A DNA stretch of 63,165 bases, counting the filler, from Syncephalis fuscata S228 (lineage: Eukaryota; Fungi; Zoopagomycota): the NCBI GenBank assembly GCA_025786725.1. It is 6 parts of 6 records of this genome, joined end to end, with 100 filler letters (N's around TTAATTAATTAA, not from the genome) between each part and the next. Parts side by side here need not be neighbours in the genome. Positions count along the whole stretch, not along the records: positions 1 to 18,624 come from JAHLTZ010000182.1; 5 more parts are not named here. One strand, written 5' to 3'. Shown one piece after another: positions 1-12,960 of the stretch. The notes under the pieces are model-generated. The model saw nothing but the letters and a program-made list of their open reading frames with translations. It did not search any database and was not told where the DNA came from. Position 1 is the first letter of the stretch. Each line of letters starts with the position of its first letter. Position numbers and translations under genes: made by a program.

Positions 1-187
1 TGGAGCGTTGGTCCAAAGGTTCAAGGCCTTGAAGGTTGCACAATATATATGTTACTCAAATACATGTTTTGCATATGTTCATTATGAATATGCGTTATGA
101 TTGTCTATTTTAATAAAGCACTGTTAGCATGAATAGCTATTAAAAATTCAGTTGCTATTCTTGTCTTGTCTTGATTAGTTGTACACG

Positions 188-1831
188 ATGGACCATATTC
201 CTATACTTGTTATTGGACGTGTTGCTGTATTATCCGACAACAACACGCTTATTTCGCTATCGCGCTGTAATAAATGGCTGTGGCACTGTGTTAGTCAGCA
301 AAATAATTTTTGACATCAGCGATATAAACAGTATTATAATCTTGCTGACGACAACGAAACAAAGTGGTTGGCCTGGTATATGAAGACTGTACGCGTGTCA
401 AAGCTGTTAGCACCACAGACCAAAAAAACAACCAATATTGTTCAATCAAATAACCAGCATATCCAATGGTTTCATGCATTTTGCTACCGACGTGCTATTA
501 ATGCAAATTGGCTTAAAGACGAGCCATATCCAGTCAAGTATATAGTGAAAAAGAAATCAAACAACATGCAATCTATTGTATTGCAGCGAATTGCTCATTA
601 TCATACTGATCTGTGGAAATGTTTCATTGTTGAGCAATGCCAGCCAATAGGAGAAACATCCACTAAACGATTTTGGCGCTTGCGTAAGTTATTTTGGAAT
701 GATGTGAACTATAAATATTATGCAACTCAATGCCTGGTATCAGACAAATTTGTGGTGACTACTACTAAACAAGCAGATAGCGCAGAATTTAGTATAACGC
801 CATATGTTATTTCCATTTGGCCACTGCATCTAGCTTCAACTATGCAACCACGTCAATTTTCCTGCTTATGCGATAATGCAAGCATTCGTGGCCGCTGGAT
901 GATGATAAATTATTCGGAACCAGCACTCAAAGATATGGGTAAATCCAGTGTGCTAATAACTCGCGTTTTCGATCTTGCAAATGGGCAAAGGTGCATGGGT
1001 GCTATTACAACTCATTATGGTGAAGCCTTTTTATTGAGAGTTACTGAAGAAGTAGCAACTATATTTATTAGATCATTACATTACTCATATACCACTATTA
1101 CAGTCAAATGGAACGTATGGGAGTTTTCAAATTGCCATCTAGGATATGGTCCGCGCTGTCTAATGCAAGGAGAAATACGTTTTAAGCAATACGATGACTC
1201 TAAAATTCTTGTTAAAAAACTGGATGATAATCGAGTTTTAATTGAACATAATTTCCCGTTTAATGCCAATATGTTGAACGAAGATAGAGGAAATAAAATA
1301 GGCTTGGCCATGATTTCGACGAAATGCAGCTACTCAAACGTTTGCATTAAAGATGTAAAGCCCATTTGGACACGTAACGATTATCTTCGTGGTACAGTGC
1401 CGCTATTTAGTTCTAAACGCATTCTTGTTGTATTTGAAAAAGAATGGACAGTTCACAGCATAAGGGATGGCGCTATATTAGCACGCATCAATCTAAAAGC
1501 TTTATGTATTAGACTTAAAGCTATTCACATGCCAGATACAATCTTATATAATAGTCTTTTTTCATTATGTATTGGAAGATTTATTCTTTATTACTCTATG
1601 CCCGATGGTGAATTTACGGTAATAGATTTAATTCATTCAAAGCATACTAAAAATCTGGGCAAAACAAATTCAGAGTATTTGTACAAAACATCATATGGTC
1701 GTCGCGGTATTATTGTGAAACTTAACGACTTAATTAAACATCCCTTTTTATTAAACGATATAGTTAGCACAAGGAACGCGATGTTGATGGAAAGTAACAA
1801 AGCCTACAAAATAATAGATGTGTCGTTTTAA
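188..1831 (+). pseudogene. F-box-like protein with one in-frame TGA (311-313); pseudogene, sequence error or recoded
   Basis: ATG188 is in frame with ORF 368-1831 and reads MDHIPILVIGRVAVLSDNNTLISLSRCNKWLWHCVSQQNNF*HQRYKQYY. This is F-box-like, with the stop where Trp is expected. Intronless. Confidence 0.6.
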
Positions 1832-3130
1832 TTGCTATTTATTTTTTATTATTCATTAAACAACTTGTTTATAAACTTATTTTATATTATGTATTGCAAT
1901 CGTTAGTGTTATAAAACATTGTAGTGACCAACCAAATACTACTAATACATATTATAGGACTATAATTTGTGATAATGCTATTATTGCTTAATTTGCTAAA
2001 CAAAATGTATACTTAATGTAGTGTTATAATTAAATAATTACATAAAATAGCAATTTTTTAAATTTAAGCTTCACTCGTATTCATTGCATTCAACACTTTC
2101 TCTACCATTTACTTCTAGAATATTTGCTACTATCAGAGTTCCAGCATTGCTATAAATACGTAGTAATGTTACATAATAATAAAAACAGCCTTTTTACTCC
2201 AACTTTAATTAGCTTTATGACCAAAACCTGCTCAGTTGAGAATTTTTTATAGATTTACTGATTGAAGCCATCTTTAAATATTAAATCCATAATGATATTA
2301 ATACCATACTTTATTGCATTAATATTTCACTATTTGACTACCTCACTATCTTTATTCTCTCTCCTTTCTTTGTTGCTTTGTCACTGCTCACAATTTTTAT
2401 TCTTAAAAGTGTAATATTATAGCTATAATACTCTACGATTAGCAATACAACAGCAGCAACAGCAGCCATATGAAACCAAGCTTATTTGGATTTCTATAAG
2501 AGAGCAGAAATACCAACACGGTAAGCAATGTTGCTTTATATAACTTTTTGTTTACCAAATCATTTATTATCTAGATACTAGTGTCAAGGAAATGCCATTA
2601 ATACTTGCTTACGGCCTACCACCAGTAATATCTATTATCACTAAATGGTGGCAAAGGCAATTTAACTGTAGTATTCAGTTACGTAATTGGGATCATTGGG
2701 AATTATCTGAAATATTTAAAGGTTGGGCCAATCTTATATTGACCCATACAAGTAAGTATAGTTGTGATTTATTGCATTCTATTAATGTGTTATAGCGCAT
2801 GCCTACAAATTATGGTAAACTATTACTTTATATACTTGATCAAATGGTATTTTTTTATCGACCATACCAATAACTTGAATGCATTAAGAAAAGATTAATA
2901 TAATAAATTTTAAATTAGGTGAAGAGTCTGCCTATAAAGTCAAGCATATTTGATCAATATGGGCGCAGGAACGAGTGGCTCCGTTGCTTTGTTCCAATGC
3001 TCCTGATGGCATTCGTCGCAAAACATGTTTGGTCAATAATAACAATAATAATAACTAAATAATGTTTCAAGTATTTAAACGATTGTTTATTGATTTTAAA
3101 TATCAGTAAAGTTTACACAAATCATTGCCA

Positions 3131-5350
3131 TTAAGCAGACGATGTACTTGTACTTAGAATCTCTTGCACTTTGTCATCTTCCCATTCTGTATCATGTTCA
3201 CTACGATACAAAATAACATTTGGAACACACAAATAAATATACTATAAATAAAGTAAAATTAGTATGCCATTTAATAACTATGCTGAAATAACTTACATCT
3301 CGATAAAGACCTTCCATTTTCATTTTAATGAAACATTTGAGCTCAACACGAGGTTTTGTAAAGAAGCGATAAAGGCCGGAATCTGCTGGTACATTCCGAC
3401 ATAAATTGTCTCGCACTATTTGCCAGCCTTTACCGCTGTAATGCAAATCCAATGCTCTTATTAATGACTGTAAATGGCATTGAATAGCTGTGTGGTAAAT
3501 CAAGTCATATACCTAAGCGATAAATGTTAATACTATAAATCATTACTATGCTATTAAGCTTACTTCATCCAGTGTATGTGCAATACAGCAACTGTCTGGA
3601 AGGACATCCAGTTCCTCGCCTACTGTACGTTTTAGTGTTTCTTGATGGCCTTTTACACCACCAAAATCACGGATAGCAAAGCCAAGTAATTCGCCAGTTT
3701 GTTTGTCAAAACGAGCTAGCGTATTTTGGCCGTGAGCCTCAAAAGCAAAACCATACTTATGAGCAGGTGTCAAAAATGCTTTTAGATAAAGCGCGGCATA
3801 TCTATTAGAAATAAAACATGAATACCATAAACCACAATGTCTATAATGGCTTACCGTTCAAAGAAAGCTACACGTTTAGCTTCAGTATCAAGATTAAAAG
3901 CACTCAAAACAAAGGGTGTCCCATGCGCGTTGCGCTCAACAAGCGCTGCACAAACAATAGACTGTTCATTTTCGGCTGTCTTTTGCACGGCTTCCTCACG
4001 AATGATACAGCTAAGATGTTTGGCCACATCGGTATCGGGATGTTTAACTACTGCACTTGCCACTTCCTTTAACACTTTAAGTATATCAGTATTGTCGGCC
4101 ACCAGCTTATCGACCAGCTTTAGCATGCCAGGCCCCATATGTGTTGACCAAGGAGTAATGGTACGCAATGCCGATGTTACCTTGATACCAAGGCATAGCT
4201 TGATCGCCCATTCTGGATGTTCAGCTGGCACGACCGTACGCAACGAGGCCTGCGCTTTAGCTGGCAATACACCCGGTAGCAATTTAGCTTGTGGGAAGCG
4301 AGCGAATACATTGGGTAGCTGACGTGGATGTACCGGCAAAATAGCATAATTCTTTGTATTAGGCATTGCCACGCGTGTCTCTTTGGGGATAAATTGCTCA
4401 ATGTAATGATCATATTCACCACGCAATATGACGTCACCACGAGGCAGGTATACAAAACATACGTCAGGCGAACTAAGATCGGCACCGGTTGGAATGGCCT
4501 CAAGTGGCGGCAATGCAAAACGGGCCTTATGCATCTATTCAAATCGTCAGTGTGCTTTTCTTTCTATTAAGTATTGTTTGTTTGCTATTTACCGGATGTG
4601 TAGCATGTCCTTCAACAATGCTTTGCTCCCATTGAATCGGTGCTGATGCCAAGTTTGGCGTGCTATTTCGATGCTCAAATGCATAGGCCACTTGCTCCAT
4701 AGAACTGCTTAGTTCTCCACACAATTCTGCGGCAGTTTCTTTAGAAATGTTTTGCCAACGGCCTACAGACTGCATCAAACTGCAGGGATTAATAGAGCGG
4801 ATCATTGACACTGACTGGCCATTTAAATTCTAATGATTATTATTGGCATCGTTAATCATTATTTAAGTATTCATTTTAAACATACCTCACTCAGTAGGAA
4901 AAAAACTTCCGATTCATCTTGATTCGTGGTAGTATAGTTGTTTGAAAGAACGACAAATGCCGTTGTATCAATATCCTCTGGGTGAAGAAATGATACATAT
5001 GGCAAACATTTATCTTGTTGTTTATTCGTAATGGGTCGATGGCAAAGTGGCACTAAAAAATCACCAGCCATGACTGCCAACGATGTCGATTCACCTTTTT
5101 GACGAAAAGCACGTAGCCAGCACCAAAGACCCAGTGGCGATTGTTTATCAAGTCGAGCGGTAATTAAACGACATTCGGCCAATTGTTCATTAATAATACA
5201 GCTAAATAGACGGGAGAAAGTAGCATGGGATGCTTGATGGTTAACGTTGTAGAAGCGGCCTGGTACAATGGGCTTTGTAGGGTTTTTAGCCATTGTATCG
5301 CGCGTAATTGACTTGTTAACCGACTGAGCAAGCGTAGGCATGGGCGCCAT
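3131..5350 (-). CDS. NRPS-independent siderophore (IucA/IucC family) synthetase, rhizoferrin-synthetase-like; multi-exon
   Basis: Motifs SIVEGHATHP-MHKAR, LPVHP, AQASLRTV, FEAHGQN and IRDFGG. The last exon YIYLCVPNVILYR...SSA* ends at 3131. Short GT-AG introns lie between the ORF pieces. Confidence 0.9.
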
Positions 5351-5819
5351 TTTAGCGAATAAAATAGAACGAATAGAAGATTGACGTAAAAGGCTAGAGA
5401 CACGATGTGCTAAAAAGGCGCTAGTATAACCGCTATCTGATGAATAGGAAGTTGTAGTAATTATAGAACTGAATCGGCTGGGATTTCGACATTTATATAG
5501 ACTAGACCAATGTTTTTGCTTGGTTGTCCCAGATTGGAAAAACAAAAAAAAACAGAGGCGAGTATGCCGATGATAGCTCTGTGAATAGGCAAGAGAACTG
5601 CAACAGAACGGCATCCTGTAGTAGCATAATTTGCGCAAAGAAAACGAAGTCAGTGCCAAAGTTGTTCCGCCATACGACTATCTCGGCATTCCCGTTACAC
5701 TTACTCTAGTTCCCCTTTTGAACGGAAACGTTCGGTGTATATGGCCAATAACAAGGACCCCTTTTTCTTATCTACTCATAAGCTAGCCAGTAGTCAGTTA
5801 AGGAGGAGGAAAACAGCTC

Positions 5820-6290
5820 ATCAGATAACTGTAGTATTGTCATTTGTTACACGTGAAGCATTCGTACAAGTATGTACATCATGATCAAAATACACCCAAG
5901 AACAATGTTCAATAACTTTACTTGTAGCCGAATAAACCGGTCAATGTACAGACATAGCCATTGAGACTAGCATAGAAGAGTGGGAGCTAACAAGGCCATC
6001 CAATACATTTATTATTAGCGTGTACTACTTTCCTATATAGAGCTATCGTGTAGAACTTTCCCAGCTGCATCTGATATGGAATATAGAATCAGATATTCCA
6101 AAATAGTAGTACAGGTCGGGTATTGCCGGAAGCTTCCTGGTCAATTTAATGGATAGCGCAGTACTAGCTTTATGATAGAGCATTTGTTGTTAATAGAGAA
6201 CGTACGCGATTGGTCAAGCTGGACTTTGATGGAATATTCGCTGCTCATACGAGTCACTACATATCTGATAATTGGTTAACATTATCAGAT
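5820..6290. promoter_or_regulatory. Cluster of iron-responsive GATA-factor (SreA-type) ATCWGATAA sites
   Basis: ATCAGATAA 5820-5828, ATCTGATAA 6263-6271 and inverted TTATCAGAT 6282-6290, with near matches at 6069 and 6088. All lie upstream of the siderophore synthetase. Confidence 0.6.
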
Positions 6291-6462
6291 GGCATCAAAA
6301 GTGTGCCCAGTTGCCACTTTCTTTAAGGCCTCTTTTTACGTCACCTCGAAGGCAGCACAATAGTAGCAACGCTGTTGCTTTTAATATTTATGACAAATTT
6401 ACAATAATTGTATAGTATTAATAAAGAATAGATACAGCATATTTATTAAGTCTATTTAGATT

Positions 6463-7755
6463 CTATTCTTTATTTTTCTTGCGCTTTTCCTTCTTATTCT
6501 TCTTAGTCTTCTTATCCTTCTTCTTCTTTGTAACATCCTTTGTATCAGTATCGCTATCTCGCTGACGCTTTTTCTTTTTGGTCATGCACATTGATGCTTC
6601 TTGACTTTGTTGCGACGCTAGTACCTCGTTTTTGGGTAATAAATGATCATCCAATGATGCTAGCGTAACATTCGTTGTAACTGTCTTAGTACTTTTAGCA
6701 GTAACCGTAGCATTAGTTGCGGCCAATACTTCTACACGTGCTAACTTCGCTGGCTGTTCTACACGTGCACCTTTACGCGCTGTACGACCTTCACAAGCAG
6801 CGAATAACTCTGCATCCGTAATACGCATACTATAGTCACGTCCATTATCGTCGTCGTCAGATTCGTTGTTGTTATTGTTAGAATCGTTAGAATCGTCAGA
6901 GTCACACGTGTCTTTAGAAGTAGCCTCTGTTATCAATGTTGTTTTTTTAGAAGCACTAATAATAGACTATGTTAATATTCATTTATACTTGCAGTCAATA
7001 ATACTTACAATGTTGCGTTTAAGCCACCATTGGCACTGGCTACAAATGTACCACGCATCCAAAATGGCATTGATGCTTTTGTTGTAGCTTTTGTTGTTGT
7101 TGTTACAGTAGCTTCTGTTTCACTATCAGTATCTGCTTTATCGTTAACATCGGCTTCTACTTTCTTCTTGTCTTTCTTTTCCTTCTTCTTTTCCTTTTTC
7201 TTCTTTTCCTTCCTCTCCTCTTCTTTCTTTTCTTCTTTCTTCTCTTTCTTGTGCTTCGATGGACGTTCAGTGCTAATAATACCCATACGATTTCGTTCAG
7301 CACCACCTTTGCCTGTTGTACTCAACATTACCTATCATAATTAATCAATAAATACTATATTCACTATAATGCTCCATTCTACTTACTCCCTCGTCACCTT
7401 TCTCCACTTTAATGGCACTCGAACTCTTGTTGTACACATGATCCCACCAAGCAAATCCCCATGTATCACTGCCAGACCCCAACTATACATATAGTTAACT
7501 CTCTATCCATCTAATATTTACTAGAACTAGTTATCTCCACCTACTCCTTTAGCATCATCCTTTTTAGTAATTGATATGGCTCTAGTAATGCCTTCGCCTT
7601 CACGACCTAGACCTGCACCACTGTTTGTATTATTTAGTATGAACTAGTGAATTATTGTATAGCAATAACTAGATTACTTACGTTTTCCAACCATACTTGG
7701 ATAATTGCCGTGTAGCAAAATCACCATAACGATTCTCATTAGAAGGTACCGTCAT
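6463..7755 (-). CDS. G-patch domain nucleolar protein (GPATCH4/Tma23-like); multi-exon
   Basis: N-terminal FATRQLSKYGW..GAGLGREGEGI G-patch, FAWWDHVYN, KKEKK-rich tract and ITDAELFAACEGRTARKGAR. Confidence 0.8.
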
Positions 7756-8427
7756 CTTTAGTATTACGACTGGTTGTAGAAATTACTGTAGAACCTTACA
7801 AACAAACTGAAAAATAAAAATAAAAATAAAATAATACTAATAAAATTAATTGCCAAATCAATAAATTATAATTAAATTGTATAACTGTATAAATTGTGTG
7901 TGTAGATGAGATGAAGTAAATCCTGCAATTCTCTCAGTGCAATTTTACTTTGAGCCCTTACTTTTTTGAAACTAAAAGATAAATTGTATATTGGTTCAAA
8001 AGATCAAATAATGTGTGCGCACAACTGTAATGGATTCTGACTTGTTAAAATAAATACATTTTATTTATTTATATAGCTAGTAAGCCATCGCTTTGCTTTC
8101 TAAATGTGTTGATATCATATTTATATGGATTGACTTGGAAGCATTATGCAGTAGTAATTTAAATAATAATATATTCAAAATACTCTTTTGTTAGTGCTAT
8201 CATTGTTTTATTGATGATATTATTATATAGCTACATTTGCTTTTATATGATTGCTTTTATTCTTTCTTTTATTCCACCTCTTAAACAAGTCTCTTATTTA
8301 TATTTCAATTTATTCATAGTCTTTATGTCCAATGTCATTTAATTTATGGCTTGTATATATTACATTATTTATTAATTAAATAAATATAGTATTTCTTTTC
8401 AAGCATTAAACAATTTACTAGTCATTT

Positions 8428-9275
8428 AATGTGATTTAATGGCCAAATAACTACACTTAACAATATTTACGCATTTAAATCAAACTTTATTTCTATTGAA
8501 CATGAAACTAGGAGTAATTCACATCAGGGCCCAAAATACTCATTATCATAGATTTATTATCCAGTATACATATACACTCTATTTATTTATATCATTCTAT
8601 AATATATTAGATACATTATATTGTTTATATGCTCCATTATACTTCACTCAGTCCACTCATTGTATTATATGCACTATAACTTTGACATCGTTTTATATGC
8701 TTTCTCGCCGTATATTCACCATTTTATATATCATTATATACTCGCTTAATCTTCCTCTATCCAAAGCTGTATTTATTTTTGTTCTAGCTTATTATTAAAA
8801 GTTTAGCTAATGTCGGTTATCTGCTCATGCATATATACTCGATAACTTAAACATTGCTAGTCTCATTCCATGTTGCATATTCATTATAACGTTTATCATT
8901 TCATTATATATTGGCCATACGCTGTATATAACCGTTGTCGGTATGGTTCCAGTTCTTTTATTAATAAAAATTAACTCAGTGCACCTAGTTTGTTCACTGA
9001 GTTATATTGATAGAACAAACAATATGAATAGGAACGAAGTTATGTTTTATTAAGATTATTTATAAATAAACGACAGCATGTCAATTAGTTATGATTTTAC
9101 TGTTAATCAAGCAAAGTGATGAGTATACATAGTAATAACACATACTGTGATGATATACATACTGAATAATAAATCTATGATGATGAGTATTTGATGATTG
9201 ATGTCACTCACCACCCATCATCAAGTTCAATAGATTGGGTGTTATTAGAATAGTTATTTTAACCACATCACAATA
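8428..9275. repeat. Dispersed AT-rich repeat, here as a partial inverted pair; possible decayed non-autonomous DNA element
   Basis: 8428-8800 is similar to 32352-32750. 9160-9275 is the reverse complement of the same family and matches 36490-36580. Confidence 0.5.
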
Positions 9276-9829
9276 AATGTAATGATTTATTTGTTTAATA
9301 AAATTCATCACCCGCCTCATCTTCAATAGAACAATTGTTTAATTCAGTTGTGCAAATGTTATCGAAATTAGTCATTTGACGCCACATTATACTAAAGCAT
9401 TAATAGCCACTAACAAATTAATAATAATAAAAATAACTATACTAAAACTACAACGCAATGAGTGGACTGAATGAAATGTATTGGAATATATAAAGAAAAA
9501 AATGTGTTTATTAAGTCATAGAATGGTATATGTGGATAAAAAATATATATATTAGATAATAAATCTACGATAATGAGTATTTTAATTATGGCTGACTGAT
9601 ACGTTGACTCCATGGATTCATTTTAGTTTCAAATGCTTTTTTACAACTCTAAAAAAACTAAAACTAAAAATAGATTGTACGGGAGTAAATGTACAACAAC
9701 TCCCCCTTCTTATTAGCTACAAAGCACGATAGTATCACATCCGTTCTTTTCCGTTTACTATTCTTTGATTCCACTTCATCACCTACTTGGCCATCTTATT
9801 GATTCTACTATCTACACCTGTAGGACATC

Positions 9830-10135
9830 ATGCGTTTCCTTATCAATCGTGTCAACAAGGTTGTTGATCGTCAACGCTTTTTCCAAGTAGGTGCTCTATG
9901 AATCAAAGCGCGCTTTTAACTAATACGCCCTATCACCACTGGCTACTATCACTTAGACTGGACCACTATTCGTTTGGCAAAAGACTGGACGTGATCGCGC
10001 TATCAACATTATTTTTGGTACTGCAATCACTGGCGGCGTACTTGCCTCGACTGCCGGTCTAATTGCCATGGCCAACGTAAGTGACGTATATTAAATGATA
10101 TTATAGATTCTTATACTATATGATGACAGAAATAA
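9830..10135 (+). CDS. COX7: Cytochrome c oxidase subunit VII/VIIa-like small protein, 3 exons (absent from the ORF track)
   Basis: Spliced product MRFLINRVNKVVDRQRFFQ|TGPLFVWQKTGRDRAINIIFGTAITGGVLASTAGLIAMAN|K*. It has the NKV..RQ..FQ motif and one TM helix. The last exon could alternatively end at 10220. Confidence 0.7.
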
Positions 10136-10584
10136 TTTGACTTTCTACACTTTACTATTATGGATGATGTAGTTCAAGAATATACGCATCTTGCGCAATA
10201 ACTATACCGATATGAATTGATGAATGCAGCTTTTATTTCTGTGCGTATATATGTCCATGATGTGCGTATGCTTGTATTTGTCTTTGTTATGCGGTAAACA
10301 ACATTATTCAATATTCCTTCAAACAATGGCACATGAATTGCATTATAAACAATTTATACTTTTGTTATTTAATTACCGCCACCATTCCTATTAATGCCAA
10401 TTATGAGTGGCATCTATTAAAAAAGATACAGACAATTTATTCACAACAGTACTAAAGCGAATAGAAAATAAGAAATGGCAGTGATGGCATAAATGGCCAA
10501 TCATTGTAATGGAACAGCATTAACCTAAACTATACTTTATATGCCGCACACATAAGGCATCGAGGAGAAAAAGGAGATGAATAA

Positions 10585-11361
10585 TTACAAAGGTTGTGAA
10601 GAGTCACGACGGTAATTGTCATGAGCAGTGGAAGTGCCATTGGTGTATTTATAGTTGGCTGAGGTTGAACGTGCCCGCTCACGACGACTATTAGCCGTAT
10701 GGTCTTGCGGTGCTGATGATGGTGATGGTGATGTTGCTGTTGATGGCGTACTACCGCCACTTGAGTAAGTGGATCGTCGACGATGGTCACGACTTGTATT
10801 ATTATTTGTCGAACGAGTATTTTGACCATATTTTGATTCAAAAGAGTGGCTATGTTGATTAGAGCCGGTAGGTGCTGTGTTATTACCACCACCACTAGCT
10901 GCTGTAGCAACAGCGATTACTAAATCGCCTGCTAATCGTATAAGCCACCATACAAGAGCAAGGCCACGTCCAGCAAGACCATCATCACGACGGGCACGGG
11001 CAAGTTCAAATAGCCAGCGTAGTCGGGCAACCACTCGGTCGTGACCTGTAAGCACGAAAGAACCGACAAATAACACAATAAGTGAAGCGATACAAATAGC
11101 GACCACTGCACAATAAGCAACACAAATAGCAATGAGCCGCGGAATAATCGGGAAACGAGCAAGGAGTGTTTGTAGCTCGGCATGTTTTCGAGCCAGGAAA
11201 TCGGTAATGCCGTCTGGCTTTGTCGCCGTTGGGGTATTACTTGTATCGTTGGTCGCTCGTGGTAAACCAGACTCGGGTGGGCCATTGTTAGAACGATGGC
11301 TATTGGGTGAGCCAGGCCGATTCGCCGTGCCTGTTTCTCGAGTAGCCTCTGTGTTTATCAT
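10585..11361 (-). CDS. Hypothetical membrane protein with low-complexity S/T/N-rich tail
   Basis: 258-aa ORF, good ATG context (GCCACCATG) and hydrophobic segments. Confidence 0.55.
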   Translation of the reverse strand: MINTEATRETGTANRPGSPNSHRSNNGPPESGLPRATNDTSNTPTATKPDGITDFLARKHAELQTLLARFPIIPRLIAICVAYCAVVAICIASLIVLFVGSFVLTGHDRVVARLRWLFELARARRDDGLAGRGLALVWWLIRLAGDLVIAVATAASGGGNNTAPTGSNQHSHSFESKYGQNTRSTNNNTSRDHRRRSTYSSGGSTPSTATSPSPSSAPQDHTANSRRERARSTSANYKYTNGTSTAHDNYRRDSSQPL

Positions 11362-12960
11362 GGTGGCTTTTGTATTTAGCGTGTAGGAATGTAAATAAAA
11401 TAGCTAGAATCAAAGTAACGAGGATTGTTATGGTTTGTCGCAAGCGTGGTAATTGCTTTGTTGCTATTTGCCTTGTTGTTGCTGTTATTGTTGTAGTAAT
11501 GGATTTCCTTTTTGCTATCGTTGTTTCGCTGTTACTATTGTTTCGTAGTGATTGCTATGTTTGATAATAGTACAAAATGTTGTTAAAGAGAAAGAAAATA
11601 CAAGGAGAAAAAACGGAATAGTCGACAATGGCTATTTAACACGTGTTGCCCAGAATTTGATCACTGACCAGCGTTACTTACTTGCGATAGAAAAGCGTGA
11701 AGTTGCTGGCACCACACGACTAATTCTCCGTTTAAACAGGTTTGTAATGAACTGTTATGTTAATTTAGTAAACTTTGAACTATATAAGTAAAGACAATCA
11801 TTATTAATTAATATATGATAATAGTCATTATATAAAATATCACAAAGAATCAATGTAGCAATTAAACGACTTTTTACTCATACATAAATACATCAATAAA
11901 TTTGTATTTACATATAAATATAATCGTACATTGCTATTGCCATTCACTTACCGGTAAATACACTCAATTTAGCGAGTGTAAATGATTAACCAGTATAATA
12001 CGAATATCAGTAATAACGGTTGTAGTAGTAATAGTAGTAATCGTATTTCAACTAGATATAGACGATAAATAGGATAGAATGGTATAGGAAAAGCGATAGA
12101 ACTTACAAGCAATTGATCTATTTAAAGCTTTAACAATAGCCTAAACTGCTTGCTGAACATTAACACAAAGCGTTTAATCAAGTCGTAATAGTGGTAAAAA
12201 GAAGGGGTATTATATAGAGGCAAAGAGGAGGAGTATAGAAATACTTTAATGAATAGATAAATGACTATTATCAGTGTAGTAAAAAGATCGACTTTTATTA
12301 GAAATTCATTTCAATACAATGTTTAGCAAATGTCGAATATAGATGTGCAAAAAGACAAAGAATGATGTTCAGACAATCAGCGCTAAGTTGTTGATGATCG
12401 TTTTATTCTGATTGGAACAAATAGAAAGTAACAAACTATACAACTAAACATAAATTCATTATGTTACTATTATATTTATAATAACAGTGATTAATCAGTG
12501 CATTAATTAGGACAACTATTATTAGCGATGGTGTAATATTTGTACCTGTATACTCATTCGTCGTTTACATCCAATAGGCATGGAAAATAGTCATAATGCA
12601 AAACACTTTCAAGGCCATAGTAGTACAGCTACAATGCTGGATAACAGACAAATAGACGACTATATTGCAAGTAGTTGGATTGAAACTAGAGTATAGGTGT
12701 TACGTGTGTATATATATATATATCATTCAACCGCATAAACAATAATAAAATAGCAAGAAAAGACATAATCGCTACAGAAAGCAATGTTGGTATCTCAAGG
12801 ACCAACCAAGCAGTAAAGCAAGAGACGGAAAGAGAGAAGCGTGTGTTACATGTTATAAATGCCACTGTCACTATCTTTATGACGTGTGCGTAGAAAGCAA
12901 GAATAAGAAAGAAAACAAACAAGCAACGTACCAATAGATGTTGCTAAATATGCATGTTAT

